From Eledone cirrhosa (taxonomy: Eukaryota): 64,000 bases of DNA. The stretch covers positions 37,262,001 to 37,326,000 of the forward strand of contig OZ024748.1 of the NCBI GenBank assembly GCA_964016885.1, given 5' to 3'. The translations under genes were made by a program, and so were the position numbers. Under the pieces are notes generated by a model. That model did not search any database. It was not told the DNA's origin and saw only the letters and a list, made by a program, of their open reading frames with translations. Shown one piece after another: positions 59,101 through 62,100 of this stretch; the first letter of the stretch is position 1; every line of letters starts with the position of its first letter.

Positions 59101-62100
59101 AGTATGACAATGTTAGTGTCAGTGTTAACTACCTCTAGATCTAGTGTGACAATGTTAGTGTCAGTGTTAACTACCTCTAGATCTAGTATGACAATGTCAG
59201 TGTCAGTGTTAACTACCTCTAGATCTAGTATGACAATGTCAGTGTCAGGGTTAACTACCTCTAGATCTAGTATGACAATGTTAGTGTCAGTGTTAACTAC
59301 CACTAGATCTAGTGTGACAATGTTAGTGTCAGTGTTAACTACCACTAGATCTAGTATGACAATGTCAGTGTCACTGTTAACTACCACTAGATCTAGTGTG
59401 ACAATGTTAGTGTCAGTGTTAACTACCACTAGATCTAGTGTGACAATGTTAGTGTCAGTGTTAACTACCACTAGATCTAGTATGACAATGTCAGTGTCAG
59501 TGTTAACTACCTCTAGATCTAGTATGACAATGTCAGTGTCAGGGTTAACTACCTCTAGATCTAGTATGACAATGTTAGTGTCAGTGTTAACTACCTCTAG
59601 ATCTAGTGTGACAATGTCAGTGTCAGTGTTAACTAACTCTAGATCTAGTATGACAATGTTAGTGTCAGTGTTAACTATCTCTAGATCTAGTGTGACAATG
59701 TTAGTGTCAGTGTTAACTACCTCTAGATATAGTATGACAATGTCAGTGTCAGTGTTAACTACCTCTCGATCTAGTATGACAATGTCAGTGTCAGTGTTAA
59801 CTACCACAAGATCTAGTGTGACAATGTTAGTGTCAGTGTTAACTACCTCTAGATATAGTATGACAATATCAGTGTCAGTGTTTACTACCTCTAGATCTAG
59901 TATGACAATGTTAGTGTCAGTGTTAACTACCTCTAGATCTAGTGTGACAATGTTAGTGTCAGTGTTAACTACCTCTAGATATAGTGTGACAATGTCAGTG
60001 TCAGTGTTTACTACCTCTAGATCTAGTATGACAATGTTAGTGTCAGTGTTAACTACCTCTAGATCTAGTGTGACAATGTTAGTGTCAGTGTTAACTACCT
60101 CTAGATATAGTATGACAATGTCAGTGTCAGTGTTAACTACCTCTAGATCTAGTATGACAATGTCAGTGTCAGTGTTAACTACCTCTAGATCTAGTATGAC
60201 AATGTCAGTGTCAGTGTTAACTACCACTAGATCTAGTATGACAATGTCAGTGTCAGTGTTAACTACCACTAGATCTAGTATGACAATGTCAGAGTTAACT
60301 ACCTCTAGATCTAGTATGACAATGTCAGTGTCAGTGTTAACTACCTCTATATCTAGTATGACAATGTCAGTGTCAGTGTTAACTACCACTAGATCTAGTA
60401 TGACAATGTCAGAGTTAACTACCTCTAGATCTAATATGACAATGTCAGTGTCAGTGTTAACTACCTCTAGATCTAGTATGACAATGTCAGTGTCAGTGTT
60501 AACTACCACTAGATCTAGTATGACAATGTCAGTATCAGTGTTAACTACCACAAGATCTAGTGTGACAATGTTAGTGTCAGTGTTAACTACCTCTAGATCT
60601 AGTATGACAATGTCAGAGTTAACTACCTCTAGATCTAGTATGACAATGTCAGTGTCAGTGTTAACTACCTCTAGATCTAGTATGACAATGTCAGTGTCAG
60701 TGTTAACAACCTCTAGATCTACTATGACAATGTCAGTGTCAGTGTTAACTACCACTAGATCTAGTATGACAATGTCAGAGTTAACTACCTCTAGATCTAA
60801 TATGACAATGTCAGTGTCAGTGTTAACTACCTCTAGATCTAGTGTGACAATGTTAGTGTCAGTGTTAACTACCTCTAGATCTAGTATGACAATGTTAGTG
60901 TCAGTGTTAACTACCACTAGGTCTAGTATGACAATGTCAGTGTAAGTGTTTACTACCTCTAGATCTAGTATGACAATGTTAGTGTCAGTGTTAACTACCT
61001 CTAGATCTAGTATGACAATGTCAGTGTCAGTGTTAACTACCACAAGATCTAGTGTGACAATGTTAGTGTCAGTGTTAACTACCTCTAGATATAGTATGAC
61101 AATGTCAGTGTCAGTGTTTGCTACCTCTAGATCTAGTATGACAATGTTAGTGTCAGTGTTAACTACCTCTAGATCTAGTGTGACAATGTTAGTGTCAGTG
61201 TTAACTACCTCTAGATATAGTATGACAATGTCAGTGTCAGTGTTAACTACCACAAGATCTAGTGTGACAATGTTAGTGTCAGTGTTAACTACCTGTAGAT
61301 ATAGTATGACAATGTCAGTGTCAGTGTTTACTACCTCTAGATCTAGTATGACAATGTTAGTGTCAGTGTTAACTACCTCTAGATCTAGTGTGACAATGTT
61401 AGTGTCAGTGTTAACTACCTCTAGATCTAGTATGACAATGTCAGTGTCAGTGTTAACTACCTCTAGATCTAGTATGACAATGTTAGTGTCAGTGTTAACT
61501 AACACTAGATCTAGTATGACAATGTCAGTGTCAGTGTTAACTACCTCTAGATCTAGTATGACAATGTTAGTGTCAGTGTTAACTACCTCTAGATCTAGTA
61601 TGACAATGTTAGTGTCAGTGTTAACTACCTCTAGATCTAGTGTGACAATGTTAGTGTCAGTGTTAACTACCTCTAGATCTAGTATGACAATGTCAGTGTC
61701 AGTGTTAACTACCTCTAGATCTAGTATGACAATGTCAGTGTCAGGGTTAACTACCTCTAGATCTAGTATGACAATGTTAGTGTCAGTGTTAACTACCATT
61801 AGATCTAGTGTGACAATGTTAGTGTCAGTGTTAACTACCACTAGATCTAGTATGACAATGTCAGTGTCACTGTTAACTACCTCTAGATCTAGTGTGACAA
61901 TGTTAGGGTCAGTGTTAACTACCACTAGATCTAGTGTGACAATGTTAGTGTCAGTGTTAACTACCACTAGATATAGTATGACAATGTCAGTGTCAGTGTT
62001 AACTACCTCTCGATCTAGTATGACAATGTCAGTGTCAGTGTTAACTACCACAAGATCTAGTGTGACAATGTTAGTGTCAGTGTTAACTACCTCTAGATAT

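Noticed and set aside
4-60945. Plus-strand Ser/Thr-rich ORFs of 561-9053 aa as mucin- or adhesin-like genes
   Set aside because: All lie in one frame of the same repeat and are separated only by sporadic point-mutation stops. They have no signal peptide, unique domain or proline-rich PTS character, and the common variants are non-synonymous.
61900-61912. Telomeric repeat (TTAGGG, and TTAGTG look-alikes)
   Set aside because: This is a single point variant of ttagtg. There are no tandem telomeric hexamers or G-rich strand bias. A subtelomeric location cannot be judged from this window.
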